A stretch of 64,000 nucleotides of DNA from Verrucomicrobiota bacterium (GTDB lineage Bacteria; Verrucomicrobiota; Verrucomicrobiia; Verrucomicrobiales; DEV007): positions 1-64,000 of the forward strand of contig JASFYY010000010.1 in assembly GCA_045046875.1 (NCBI GenBank), written 5' to 3'. Every line of letters starts with the position of its first letter. Positions within the stretch are counted from its first letter, which is position 1. Position numbers and translations under genes: made by a program. The notes below the pieces were generated by a model. It was not told the DNA's origin, did not search any database, and saw only the letters and a program-made list of their open reading frames with translations. Positions 47,996 to 57,646 of this stretch are shown one piece after another.

Positions 47996-48175
47996 TCACT
48001 CCGACTCTTCCGCTTCATCCGCCTCTTTCTCCCTCTTCACCTTCGCCCAGCGTGCCCGCGCCGCTGCGCTCGCCTGCTCACTGCTTCGAGCCTTGCTCTT
48101 GCCCTTCCCCGCAGTTCCGCCCTTCTTCCCCATCTCCGAGAAGTATTTCGAGATTATGCTCTTTTTGTCCGCCAT
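47996..48175 (-). CDS. Small basic KGG-motif-like protein
   Basis: MADKKSIISKYFSEMGKKGGTAGKGKSKARSSEQASAAARARW. Confidence 0.6.
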   Translation of the reverse strand: MADKKSIISKYFSEMGKKGGTAGKGKSKARSSEQASAAARARWAKVKREKEADEAEESE

Positions 48176-48287
48176 GCTCGGGGGAACATACCACAAGAAC
48201 CCCATCTGACCAGAAGCGAACCACCAAGCCCGCTTCCACCGCCTCAGCATGCATCGCTTTTAATTTTTCAGTGTGTTTCTTAGCCAT
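48078..48287 (-). CDS. Small hypothetical protein (overlaps the KGG ORF in another frame)
   Basis: ATG directly downstream of a sigma70-like promoter. Confidence 0.4.
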   Translation of the reverse strand: MAKKHTEKLKAMHAEAVEAGLVVRFWSDGVLVVCSPEHGGQKEHNLEILLGDGEEGRNCGEGQEQGSKQ

Positions 48288-48296
48288 CGTTCTTTA

Positions 48297-48325
48297 ACTA
48301 TGCGCAAGCGGCTTGCGTTTGTCAA
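48297..48325 (-). promoter_or_regulatory. Sigma70-like promoter with palindromic spacer
   Basis: TTGACA-17 nt-CATAGT; the spacer contains CGCAAGC-N-GCTTGCG (48303-48317). Confidence 0.65.
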
Positions 48326-50223
48326 GCCGCCTCTTGTTCCCCCTCTTCCGGTGGCGACTCATCCGGATCAAAAGCCAGCAGGTAAGGTTTGACCACATAC
48401 CAATCCACAAAATTGAGTTTCACCCCATCACCAAAATCATTAGCTCCTTTTGGTTTTGCCCACTGCTGGATGTATTGATTTCCACGCACCACCAACTTCC
48501 TCTCCTCCTGACACAATTCCGCTGTGAAACTAGGATCAGGATTGCGCATCATGTGGATCAACGGAGCCTTCGCCACATTCCCTTCAGCTCGCTCCTCCAG
48601 TATTTTCTTACGCCCCGCGATACAATGTTCATAAACAATCGTTTTGAAATTGTCGTCCGAGAACTGGTAAGCCGTCACCGGATGACCCGCCTGACTATAG
48701 CGCTCCTTCGCCTCCACCACATCTTTCACCTGGGTTCCACCCGCACCACGTGCTGGGTAAAATCTCAACATCGGCGTTCCATCAGGCATCTCTCCAATCA
48801 CCGTTTGTAAACAAAAATTTCTAACCACAAAGGTATCAAACCCCTCATCAATTAGCCCGGTTAATACAACCGGATCTATTTGCTCATCCTCCGGCGTATC
48901 CCCCCAGTCATCCACAATCACCGGAGTATCCGCCGCCAACAGCAAATCCCGCTCAGAAATACAAGTTCCATAATCAACGATATAAGCCTCATCCTCTTTG
49001 ATCCGCCACGCCATCTTCACCCACTTGTAAACATCCAACTGCTTATCCACCCCCATCGTCACCAGATCCGGCACCACCGGACAATGCCCATGTTCATAAG
49101 TTCCCTCCATGTCACTCATGTGACTGTCCCGCACCTCCACCGTCTTTTTCCTCACCGGTTCACCCAGGCGATTACGCCGAAAGTGATCCAGCTTATCGGA
49201 ATCGCCCTGAGCATCGAGCCACTCCGACACAATGATTCCCCAAGCAGCTTTGGGGAAAGTAGAATACAAATCAGAAATATCGCAGGAAAAACGTCGAGGC
49301 TTAGGTTTGAAACGATCCTGCCCATAGTTCGTCCGCCGCCACTCGTAGCGGCTCATCATCTCAGGCTTGTGTTTCTCCTCAATCTTTCCTTTGCAAGCAG
49401 GATTAGCACACTCGTAGTAAGTCTCCGTCAGCACCCTGTCCGCATCCCACCCGCCAACCAGATCTTTACAGTGTTCAAATTTTAGCTGCTTGAAATCAAT
49501 CGTCTGGTAAAAATCACAATGCGGACACGGCACAAAACAACGATGCCGACTGCCTTTCAAATAGTCCTGGTTCAACTGGCTCTCCCACTGATCAGGCTTG
49601 GAGATCTCCACAAAAAAAGCATCCGATACTCGCTTCGTTCGATCCCTCAACAAATGCACCGGGTGCGACTCCGTCCGATGCTCTACCGTCCGATAGGCAT
49701 CCACCTCATCCGCAATCGCCAGCCCAATCGACTTGTTAGCCAGCGCCCCCACCGAATTCGCCCCCGCCAAATAAATCGTCAACCCCTTTAGCGACAAAGT
49801 CAGGTTAGTAATCCCGTCATCATTTTCAGCGATCTTGCCGTCAGCTGCCGCGCAATTTCTCAGCATCGGCTGCAACCGCTCCGTGCTGATCTTCCTCGCC
49901 TCGTCGCGGCTATCGATACAATAAAAAATATTGCGCGAGAAATTTACTACCCAATAGCAAATCAAAATCAAACACGCCAAAGTGAATCCACTCTGCGAAG
50001 ATTTCCGACACACAAACTCATCCCAATCCCCCGAGCTCGCCACGTCAAACAGGATCCGTGTATGTGGCGTCAGCGACGAATCATAACGTCCAGGAAAATC
50101 CGCACTCTCCTTTGTATCAAGCTTGATATTTTCCTCACCCCATTCATGAATCGGCTGAGTCGGACGAGCCCGAAGCACCCGCTTAAACACCGACGTCACA
50201 AAACCAGCCGTCGAAAACATCAT
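48322..50223 (-). CDS. terL: Terminase large subunit, GpA family
   Basis: W.E.N, LTPH, KSSQSGFT (Walker A-like), IADEVD, VPCPHC..Q, YECANPAC, GVDKQ, NDFGD. Confidence 0.93.
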   Translation of the reverse strand: MMFSTAGFVTSVFKRVLRARPTQPIHEWGEENIKLDTKESADFPGRYDSSLTPHTRILFDVASSGDWDEFVCRKSSQSGFTLACLILICYWVVNFSRNIFYCIDSRDEARKISTERLQPMLRNCAAADGKIAENDDGITNLTLSLKGLTIYLAGANSVGALANKSIGLAIADEVDAYRTVEHRTESHPVHLLRDRTKRVSDAFFVEISKPDQWESQLNQDYLKGSRHRCFVPCPHCDFYQTIDFKQLKFEHCKDLVGGWDADRVLTETYYECANPACKGKIEEKHKPEMMSRYEWRRTNYGQDRFKPKPRRFSCDISDLYSTFPKAAWGIIVSEWLDAQGDSDKLDHFRRNRLGEPVRKKTVEVRDSHMSDMEGTYEHGHCPVVPDLVTMGVDKQLDVYKWVKMAWRIKEDEAYIVDYGTCISERDLLLAADTPVIVDDWGDTPEDEQIDPVVLTGLIDEGFDTFVVRNFCLQTVIGEMPDGTPMLRFYPARGAGGTQVKDVVEAKERYSQAGHPVTAYQFSDDNFKTIVYEHCIAGRKKILEERAEGNVAKAPLIHMMRNPDPSFTAELCQEERKLVVRGNQYIQQWAKPKGANDFGDGVKLNFVDWYVVKPYLLAFDPDESPPEEGEQEAA

Positions 50224-51197
50224 TCCTCCGACTCCAATTCAAATGCTGGACCGAAGTCAGCAGCCCCCATGCTTTCAAAACATTTATCCAACGCCTCATT
50301 CCAGGTCTCCGTCATCTGCTGAAACAAATCCCCCGAAATAGACAGCTTCGTCGCCACCCGCACCGGCAGCGACCGCAATCCTTGATGCACCGTATTCAAC
50401 CGCTCGATGAACTCCGCCTCGAGCTCATCCCGGTTCACCAACCTGCCCGCCGTCAGCAATACCGACTCCGCATCCTTCTCAGCTTTCCGCAGCGCCTCAA
50501 AAGCTCGCTCCCATGCCCGCTGCCTCATCTCCACCGAGGCCGGTTCATTTTTGATCGCATGCTGCACCATGCCCGCCGCCAACTGCTCAGCCTGCCTCGC
50601 CCTTCCCAGAGCCGCCTCAAAACCTAGACCCTTTGGAAGATTCCTCGAATCAAAAGAAATCCCACTCGACACATCCCCCTGCCCCTCCGCCTTATCACCA
50701 GATTCCAACTTCAACAAAGACTCCGGCACCTTCTGCGTCATCACCCGCCGCCACCACCCAGCCACCTCTCCAGGGTTATCCAATGGCGGAGGATCGGGCG
50801 GATTCTTTTCCCGCCCACGCTTGATCATTCGTTTAATCGTCCTGTCCGATTTATATCCGAGCAGCTCAGCGTAATGGCTCAGCTTATGCGGGTAGGTTGT
50901 CGCCGTCGATTTCTTCGCCGCCTGCTTCCGATCCGGCACCCACGCCCCCAGCTCAGCGAACTCCGCATCCGTCAGCCGTCCACCCTTCGCCCACTTTCGC
51001 AACAACGACGCCACCCGAGTTTTGAGCAGCTCATCCGTATCCGTATCACCCGCCACCAGCTGCGCCATCATTTCGCGCTCATTCCCTGACAGCGTTGCCC
51101 CCTTCCCCACTTTAGTGATGACGTTTCTCAAATCCGCCGTCAGCACCTTTTCCGCCAGATCCGGAGTAACGTCAGACATCGCCTCCCACTTTCTCAA
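50220..51197 (-). CDS. Terminase small subunit-like protein
   Basis: Directly upstream of terL; HTH-like segment and C-terminal GRLVNRDE...LRSLP motif. Confidence 0.6.
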   Translation of the reverse strand: MRKWEAMSDVTPDLAEKVLTADLRNVITKVGKGATLSGNEREMMAQLVAGDTDTDELLKTRVASLLRKWAKGGRLTDAEFAELGAWVPDRKQAAKKSTATTYPHKLSHYAELLGYKSDRTIKRMIKRGREKNPPDPPPLDNPGEVAGWWRRVMTQKVPESLLKLESGDKAEGQGDVSSGISFDSRNLPKGLGFEAALGRARQAEQLAAGMVQHAIKNEPASVEMRQRAWERAFEALRKAEKDAESVLLTAGRLVNRDELEAEFIERLNTVHQGLRSLPVRVATKLSISGDLFQQMTETWNEALDKCFESMGAADFGPAFELESEE

Positions 51198-52524
51198 TCA
51201 CCAGCCCATGCCCTAACGCCCGTTCCAAAATCACCGCACAATATTTCGGATCCAATTCCGTCATCACACAGCGCCGCCCAGTTTCCTCAGCCGCAATCAA
51301 AGTCGTGCCACTTCCGCCAAACAGCTCCAGCACAATTTCACCCTTCCTCGACGAATTCCAAATTTGCCGCGCCACCAACCCCAACGGCTTGATAGTCGGA
51401 TGCATAGGACTCTTCGCCGCCTTCGGTTCCCGGATCACACTCGAGCCCCTATCATTTCTCAAATTTTTGATAACCTCAATCAGATCCACCTTCGATTTTT
51501 TCAGCAAAGCCGCCTCATCATCGATCACCGTGCTTTCCGAAAATCCCCCCTGCCAATAATGCGCAGCCCCCGGCTTCCAACCATACAGAATAGGTTCATG
51601 CTGCCACTGGTGATCCTGCCGCCCCAGCGTAAACCCACTTTTCACCCACACCAGGCACTGCTTCAAATCCCAATCAGCTCGCGCAAAACACTCCCGATTC
51701 ACCAGCCCATGAGTCTCCGCATGAGCCACGTAAATTGCCCCACCCTTTTTCGTGAATTTAAACGCCACCTCAAAAGCCGACTCCAAAAGCTCTTCATAGT
51801 CCGCCGCCGACAACTCATCATTAATCAACTCCTGCGGCACCACTCCACTTTCGCCACCCTTACTTTCAACCCGACTCGCCTGCAATTCATGGTACGCCAC
51901 ATTGTAAGGCGGATCCGTCCACACCATATCTGCTACTTTATCACCAAGCAGCAACCTCCAACTTCCCTCATTCGTGCAATCCCCACAAAGTAATCGATGC
52001 TCGCCCACCTGGAACAAATCCCCAAACTCCACCTGCCACTTTTCCTGCAGCTCTTCCGCCGCCGAAACCAACTCCTCCGTTTCCTCCTGATCGCCCTCCA
52101 AATCGGGAGCCGACAGCATCCCCAATAATTCCTCCGCATCGAACCCCGCCAGCGCGATATCCAATCCCGCCGCCTCCAAGTCCTGGGCAATAAAATTTAA
52201 AACCTCATCATCGAACACACCAATCAAACGATTCGCTGCAATCAACCGAGCCAAGTGAGTCTCTTCATCATAGTCCACTATCGATACCTCGACGTGCGTG
52301 TAACCCATATCCGCCAGCACCTTCGCCCGCAAATGCCCCGAAACCAGCATCCCATTCCGCCGATTCACCACCAGCGGATCAAAATAATCATGCCCCAACG
52401 ATTTCTTTAACACCTCCCACTCCGGACTCCCCGGCTCCGGATGCTTCCTCGGATTCCGTGGATGCGGTTTCAGCCCCGCCACCTCCACCCTCTCAATGTT
52501 CAATTTTGCTACCAGCTCGCTCAC
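51172..52524 (-). CDS. ParB-like N-domain fused to N6A/N4C DNA methyltransferase
   Basis: LKPHPRNPRKH, VSGHLR; TDPPYNV, HPTIKP, LFGGSGTT, ELDPKY. Confidence 0.9.
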   Translation of the reverse strand: MSELVAKLNIERVEVAGLKPHPRNPRKHPEPGSPEWEVLKKSLGHDYFDPLVVNRRNGMLVSGHLRAKVLADMGYTHVEVSIVDYDEETHLARLIAANRLIGVFDDEVLNFIAQDLEAAGLDIALAGFDAEELLGMLSAPDLEGDQEETEELVSAAEELQEKWQVEFGDLFQVGEHRLLCGDCTNEGSWRLLLGDKVADMVWTDPPYNVAYHELQASRVESKGGESGVVPQELINDELSAADYEELLESAFEVAFKFTKKGGAIYVAHAETHGLVNRECFARADWDLKQCLVWVKSGFTLGRQDHQWQHEPILYGWKPGAAHYWQGGFSESTVIDDEAALLKKSKVDLIEVIKNLRNDRGSSVIREPKAAKSPMHPTIKPLGLVARQIWNSSRKGEIVLELFGGSGTTLIAAEETGRRCVMTELDPKYCAVILERALGHGLVIEKVGGDV

Positions 52525-52587
52525 TCCTTTTCGACCTTGTCAAACAGGACAAGGACACAAAGTTTTTCACTATCCCACGCAAAATAG

Positions 52588-52637
52588 CACTGGGAGACGC
52601 CTTACCCGCAGTGAAGAGGACAAAAGCAAAAGATTCC
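52588..52637 (-). other. Candidate cos site (cosQ-like + cosN-like)
   Basis: GGAATCT-22 nt-CGGGTAAGGCGTCT inside a CACTG/CAGTG dyad, upstream of the packaging genes. Confidence 0.45.
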
Positions 52638-52657
52638 TTATTTTTTAAGGACAAAAA

Positions 52658-52994
52658 GCATAGGTGCACAGGTGAGCAGGAAGATTGTCACTGTCCTATA
52701 GAAAAATATCTCTCACTCTCAGCAATAGGGAAGCTAAGAACACCCTATGTTACCTATGCTACCTATGCTTTCTGCCTCCCTCCCATTGGAAATCCTTTAA
52801 CTGTAAGCAAGTTATCCATCGCGAAAAAAGCATAGGTTAAACATGCAAGGCATAGGTGGGTGTGCCTTTAGCCCATTGGGGTGCGGGGAAAAGGCTCGTG
52901 AAATCAAAAAAACGTGACCGCCCCCATCAGCGAGGAAGGAAATTAAAGCGCAGCCCCTGCACCTATGCCTAAAAGCATAGGTAGCGGCATGGGT
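52658..52994. repeat. Cluster of GCATAGGT/ACCTATGC octamers (origin iteron candidate)
   Basis: 7 exact and 2 near copies in both orientations within a non-coding gap. Confidence 0.8.
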
Positions 52995-53054
52995 GAGATT
53001 AACGACAAGCAGCAACTAAAGAAGCGCTGCGAAGGAACAGGTTGAGCCAGCGGC

Positions 53055-54761
53055 TTAGCCCTCAAGCGTCACCAGGTATCTTCGCTGGCGATTCTTTCCG
53101 CGATTACCAAAGCGCACGCAGCGCCCATCTTTGAGCTTAAATAGCCGCCCACCATACTTCATAGAGAAAATTTTACCCATAGCAGCCTTCGTCTTCGGCG
53201 TCGCCTCATAGTGCCTGGCCATGCCTTCCTCGACCTTTTTCCACCTACCCTCAATCAGCCAAGGGAAACAATCTTGTTCCACTGCCACATCCAGCACCTC
53301 TGGAAACGTAAACTCCTGCGTCCTATTGCCCTCAGCCGTATTAACTTTGTCCGCCAAATCCGTCACCAACGCCATCATATCCTCAAACTCAGAGTCCGCA
53401 CTCTCATCATCAGGAGGACGCACACAAGGATCCCCAAATCCAGCAGCCTCTACAATCCCACCGAATATCTCACACCATTTCTGAAAACCTCCCATCATCG
53501 TGCTGCCTTTAGCCCGGCCAGCCTTGTCCCATTCACGGATTAGCGTCCACAATGCCGTCAGCACATCGCTTCTTACACTTTCATTGGCTAAAAATTCATC
53601 ATCGATCACCCGGCGAATCGCCCTATCCTGCACATCCGCCTCATCTAGGTGCAATTTGCACTGCAGGAACCTTCCCGCCAAATCACTTTCAATTGTTAAT
53701 CCGTGCCCGGTCACAAACACCATCGCTCGGTTGATTACATCGAACTCTTTCTGACCACCCATCACACGCCCTGTCCAATATGGAGACGTCATGAAAGCGT
53801 TCAGCTCATTACTCCTCAAATTCCCCGCAACGTCATCCATGATAATGTAAGGACTCGCTGCCAGTGACGCCGCATCCAGCATCTTTCGGAACTCCTCATC
53901 ATTCTTAGGCTTGCTCCGGACACGACACCTCCCGATCACAGGCGTCACCACCAGCTTAAACAAAAGAGTTTTTCCTGATCGATGTGAGTTAGCATTATAA
54001 AGCGCACCCAAACGCTGTGCCAATGGTGGCAACAGCCCCGCCCCATAAAACGCCACCATCGCCCCGATATGAGCAGCCAGATCCCTGGAAACAGTTCGCT
54101 CCTTATTCCAATCCGCAAAATCAAACTCCCTGTGTAGATCCAACAGCAAGTGATGCGCCATATCAAGAGTCATATCATCCTTAATTTCCACCTGACTAGG
54201 CATTGTAAAAATGCCGCTCTCATCATCATACCCCTGACTCAATAGCTCAATCCTACCATCACCACGCACAACTGGCTGCTGCACCTGATTAACTTTCTCC
54301 AGCGATTTCAACTTATACAAAAATTGACGTGAAGACAAAGTGCCTCGAGCACACTCCGTCGTCATCGTTGTCGGCAATCTAACCGTTTTCTCTTTATCCC
54401 CCTTACCCACCAACTGCTGCTTATAAGTAACTGCCAAATCCTCAATAAAAGTTCGAAAAGTATCATCCTCAAGCACCTCAATCACCCCCGTCTCCCTGTT
54501 CACCAGCACCACCGTCGTATCACGCCTATACACCCCATGATCGCGACAAATCGCCCCAGCCTCCCTTGCAAAATCAGCCAACCTTCGTCCCACCCTCGGC
54601 AGCTCAATATAAGGCAATGCCAAATCCTCCTCTTCAACACCCCCACCATCTCCGCCATCTGGCGGCATCCCTCCATCCACCCCACTTCCAGCCTCTTCCC
54701 GCGCCAGCCTATTCATAGCAGCCACCTGCCCGTCAGCATCAAATTCAATTACCTCGCCCAT
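53055..54761 (-). CDS. Primase-associated P-loop NTPase / helicase-like replication protein
   Basis: RSGKTLL Walker A, IIMDDV Walker B, GRVMG, FVTG. Confidence 0.7.
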   Translation of the reverse strand: MGEVIEFDADGQVAAMNRLAREEAGSGVDGGMPPDGGDGGGVEEEDLALPYIELPRVGRRLADFAREAGAICRDHGVYRRDTTVVLVNRETGVIEVLEDDTFRTFIEDLAVTYKQQLVGKGDKEKTVRLPTTMTTECARGTLSSRQFLYKLKSLEKVNQVQQPVVRGDGRIELLSQGYDDESGIFTMPSQVEIKDDMTLDMAHHLLLDLHREFDFADWNKERTVSRDLAAHIGAMVAFYGAGLLPPLAQRLGALYNANSHRSGKTLLFKLVVTPVIGRCRVRSKPKNDEEFRKMLDAASLAASPYIIMDDVAGNLRSNELNAFMTSPYWTGRVMGGQKEFDVINRAMVFVTGHGLTIESDLAGRFLQCKLHLDEADVQDRAIRRVIDDEFLANESVRSDVLTALWTLIREWDKAGRAKGSTMMGGFQKWCEIFGGIVEAAGFGDPCVRPPDDESADSEFEDMMALVTDLADKVNTAEGNRTQEFTFPEVLDVAVEQDCFPWLIEGRWKKVEEGMARHYEATPKTKAAMGKIFSMKYGGRLFKLKDGRCVRFGNRGKNRQRRYLVTLEG

Positions 54762-55960
54762 TAGCTAAGCCCTCCTTCCAGCTCCGCCAAGCGCTTCTTC
54801 GCCACCTCGCTTACCGTCGCATAGTAACGCAGCCCCTCTTTTATCCACTCACCACCAGTCGGATCAGAATCCGCCACCCCCACATCACACCACCAGTTCA
54901 CCACATCACGACGAGCGAACTGCTCAATCAAAGGTCGCGCCTCCGGTTTACTATTAATATAAAGCAATTTCTGCAACACCGGCTTAGCAAAACGAACATG
55001 CTCCTTACCCTTCGACATCTTCCCCTCGCGAAAACACCCAGGCAGCCTAGTCAGCCGCACCGCCGTCAACACCCCACTATCTGCCCCATTTGTGATCAAA
55101 AAGCGCAGCCCAGGAGCCATCGCCGCCTTGATATCATCCCAATGACGCTTTGTCTTCGCATCCACCTGGACCAGCGCATGCACACTACGCCCACCCGACG
55201 AATAAATAGCACCGATCTTCAAAGGCAACTGCGCCACCGCCCCCAACCATTCCCGCACCGGAGCATCATCCGACTCCAGCACCATCCACCTCCACGCCGT
55301 CACACTTTCCTCACTGCGCCTGCTGCGCGTCCCCTGACGCGGATTCGGATGGTAATCCCCATCCACCGGCTGCCCTAGAAACCAAACCCCACACTTACCC
55401 GTCTCAGGCACCGGATCATCAGGCCACATCGCCTGCCCTTGAGTATATTCCTCCGTAAAAACCAACACCTTCTCGTTTGTAGCATCATACAAAGTGCTCA
55501 AAAACCCCTCAGTATCCAACGTCGCCGGATCCACCTCACTACGGTTAGCCAACCAGACAAGATCCACCTCCCTCGCCCAATCGCCCGCAAACTCCCGCAA
55601 CGCAGCTGGATCATATACCGGCTTCGGAACCGGAGCCACCACAGCCCTACGCCCCCCCACAGGTTCAGCTACCCCCTTCCCATCATACCCCTGGCCAATC
55701 AAATAACCCCTATCCTGATCATCCGGCGAGCCATCCGCACTTCGCAGCTTGTGCTCCAGCTCCTTCGCCGACCACTTCACATCGCACCGACCGTTAAAAT
55801 CCTCCATCATCGGCATAGCTTGATCCACCGACAAATGGAAACCCTTCACCAATGCGCAAGCCGCAGCAAACGTCGCATTGTGACCACCACTCCCGCTAAT
55901 AGCAGGCGGCATAGCCGCCACATACATACGGGCACGTTCAGAAATAGTAGGACGAGACAT
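54761..55960 (-). CDS. DNA primase (AEP/RepB-like with PriCT-like N-domain)
   Basis: PPAISGSGGHNATF..AC, WSAKELEHK, LESD, SGGRSVHALV, RLTRLPG. Confidence 0.75.
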   Translation of the reverse strand: MSRPTISERARMYVAAMPPAISGSGGHNATFAAACALVKGFHLSVDQAMPMMEDFNGRCDVKWSAKELEHKLRSADGSPDDQDRGYLIGQGYDGKGVAEPVGGRRAVVAPVPKPVYDPAALREFAGDWAREVDLVWLANRSEVDPATLDTEGFLSTLYDATNEKVLVFTEEYTQGQAMWPDDPVPETGKCGVWFLGQPVDGDYHPNPRQGTRSRRSEESVTAWRWMVLESDDAPVREWLGAVAQLPLKIGAIYSSGGRSVHALVQVDAKTKRHWDDIKAAMAPGLRFLITNGADSGVLTAVRLTRLPGCFREGKMSKGKEHVRFAKPVLQKLLYINSKPEARPLIEQFARRDVVNWWCDVGVADSDPTGGEWIKEGLRYYATVSEVAKKRLAELEGGLS

Positions 55961-55998
55961 AACGCAGAATTACCACCAAAGTCAAAATGCACACAGAC

Positions 55999-57624
55999 CT
56001 ACGCCTCCATAATCTCCCGTTCAATCTTCGCCACATTCAAGCCATAGATCACCGCCAGATCTCCAAACGCCTTATCCCCGATTCCCTCCCACTTCATACG
56101 AGTTGCCAATAATAATGCCGTGATCCAAGCGTCCAGCGTCTTTCCATCTGGATCCGAAGCCACCACATGCTCCATTACCACCCCACCCCAACCACCATCA
56201 CCTAGCTTACCGTCCATCCCCAGCCATTTTCGAGCAATGAACTCTTTCCCCGGATAATCGATCTCATCCAGCACCATACGCAACACCACTAGTTTAGCTT
56301 TGCTATCCACCCCTTTTTTATTGATCAACTCCGCCATAGCATTCAGCGCCTCCACCGTTACCTTCTCACCCTTTTCCATCTCCTCCCGCTTCGCTTTAGC
56401 TTTAGCCTTCCTCTCCCCCTCACCCTTTTCATTCTTCACCGGACGTTTTGAAAAAATACTTTCCACCCCATCAGCCGCCGCCTTTTCATTTACCGCCTCA
56501 ACAGCCAATTTACGCACAACCAATTTATGCGTCCGCCCCGAGTATGGATTTCTCGCCAAAACCACAGGCACATCAGGCGCACCCCTTAACAACTTACCCC
56601 ACGTCCCTGCCGACTCATCGTAATGCCCCAAATCCTCATAACCAGGGCGTCTTGACAAGTCTGCGTAATCACCTCCAAACATCGGATATTGGTTATTCTG
56701 AAAAACCAGCTCAGCCTCAGTCAAAGATAACACCTTCTGCCCTTTCAGCTTCGCCTTGGACGCCGCCTCTTTCCAAGCCAATTCACTTTTCTCGCGAAAA
56801 CAAACCGGCCTAGTGCACAGATCAGGATCAATTCCCCGCTTCACCTTTCCCCGCCCACCAGAACGATCCGCCAACAACTCCCCAAGATCAGGATCATTAC
56901 CCGTCCGGAACTCACAATCCTTACATGCCCCCACTTTAGGAAGTAAAATTTGATCAGACAAACTAAAACCACCAAGCCTCAAATCGATAATAAAGTCCTC
57001 ACGAATCAGCTCCGCAGCCTCAGTGATACTCATCGGACCATCCCCCCAATCACCACCAGACAAAATCAAATCCATCGCCCGCTTACGCTCTGCTTTATCC
57101 GGGATCCGCCCCACCATTTCCCCCACCCGTATCGGCACCTCCCCACGATCAATCATCTTCAAGATTTTCGCCGGAGCATTAATCAGCTTTAAGCGACTCC
57201 TTATATGCCCCGCCTTGCACCCAATTTTACTCGCAATCTCCGCCGGAGAATACAACGCCACCCCATCTTCCCCCTTCAATTTCAACAAAGATGCATACCC
57301 CCGTGCCTCCTCACTCGGCAGCACATCCTCCCGCTGCAGGTTCTCCACCAACTGCAGCTCCACCACCTCATTGTCAGTCAACACCCTCACCACACAAGGC
57401 ACCTGCTTTTCCTCAGTCAGCACCGCTCCTCGAAACCTCCGTTCCCCAGCCACAATTTCAAACATCCCATCACTGCCCACCTTCCTCACCGTCAAGTTTT
57501 GCATTATCCCATGCTGGCGAATAGAATCAGCCAGCTCCTTCAACTTCTCCACATCAAAAGTCTTACGTGGATTCGTTGGGCTCGGCTGCAGCTTATTCAG
57601 ATCAATATATTCAATTACATTCAT
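55999..57624 (-). CDS. ParB/RepB/Spo0J family protein
   Basis: PSPTNPRKTFD..L.ELADSIRQHGIMQ, IVAGERRFR, ENLQRED, HTH, Cys cluster. Confidence 0.9.
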   Translation of the reverse strand: MNVIEYIDLNKLQPSPTNPRKTFDVEKLKELADSIRQHGIMQNLTVRKVGSDGMFEIVAGERRFRGAVLTEEKQVPCVVRVLTDNEVVELQLVENLQREDVLPSEEARGYASLLKLKGEDGVALYSPAEIASKIGCKAGHIRSRLKLINAPAKILKMIDRGEVPIRVGEMVGRIPDKAERKRAMDLILSGGDWGDGPMSITEAAELIREDFIIDLRLGGFSLSDQILLPKVGACKDCEFRTGNDPDLGELLADRSGGRGKVKRGIDPDLCTRPVCFREKSELAWKEAASKAKLKGQKVLSLTEAELVFQNNQYPMFGGDYADLSRRPGYEDLGHYDESAGTWGKLLRGAPDVPVVLARNPYSGRTHKLVVRKLAVEAVNEKAAADGVESIFSKRPVKNEKGEGERKAKAKAKREEMEKGEKVTVEALNAMAELINKKGVDSKAKLVVLRMVLDEIDYPGKEFIARKWLGMDGKLGDGGWGGVVMEHVVASDPDGKTLDAWITALLLATRMKWEGIGDKAFGDLAVIYGLNVAKIEREIMEA

Positions 57625-57646
57625 TTTTTTTTCGCGTTGTTAGTTA

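Noticed and set aside
52658..52994. Possible CRISPR or mini-array
   Set aside because: Repeats are only 8 bp, in both orientations and irregularly spaced; no cas genes are present.
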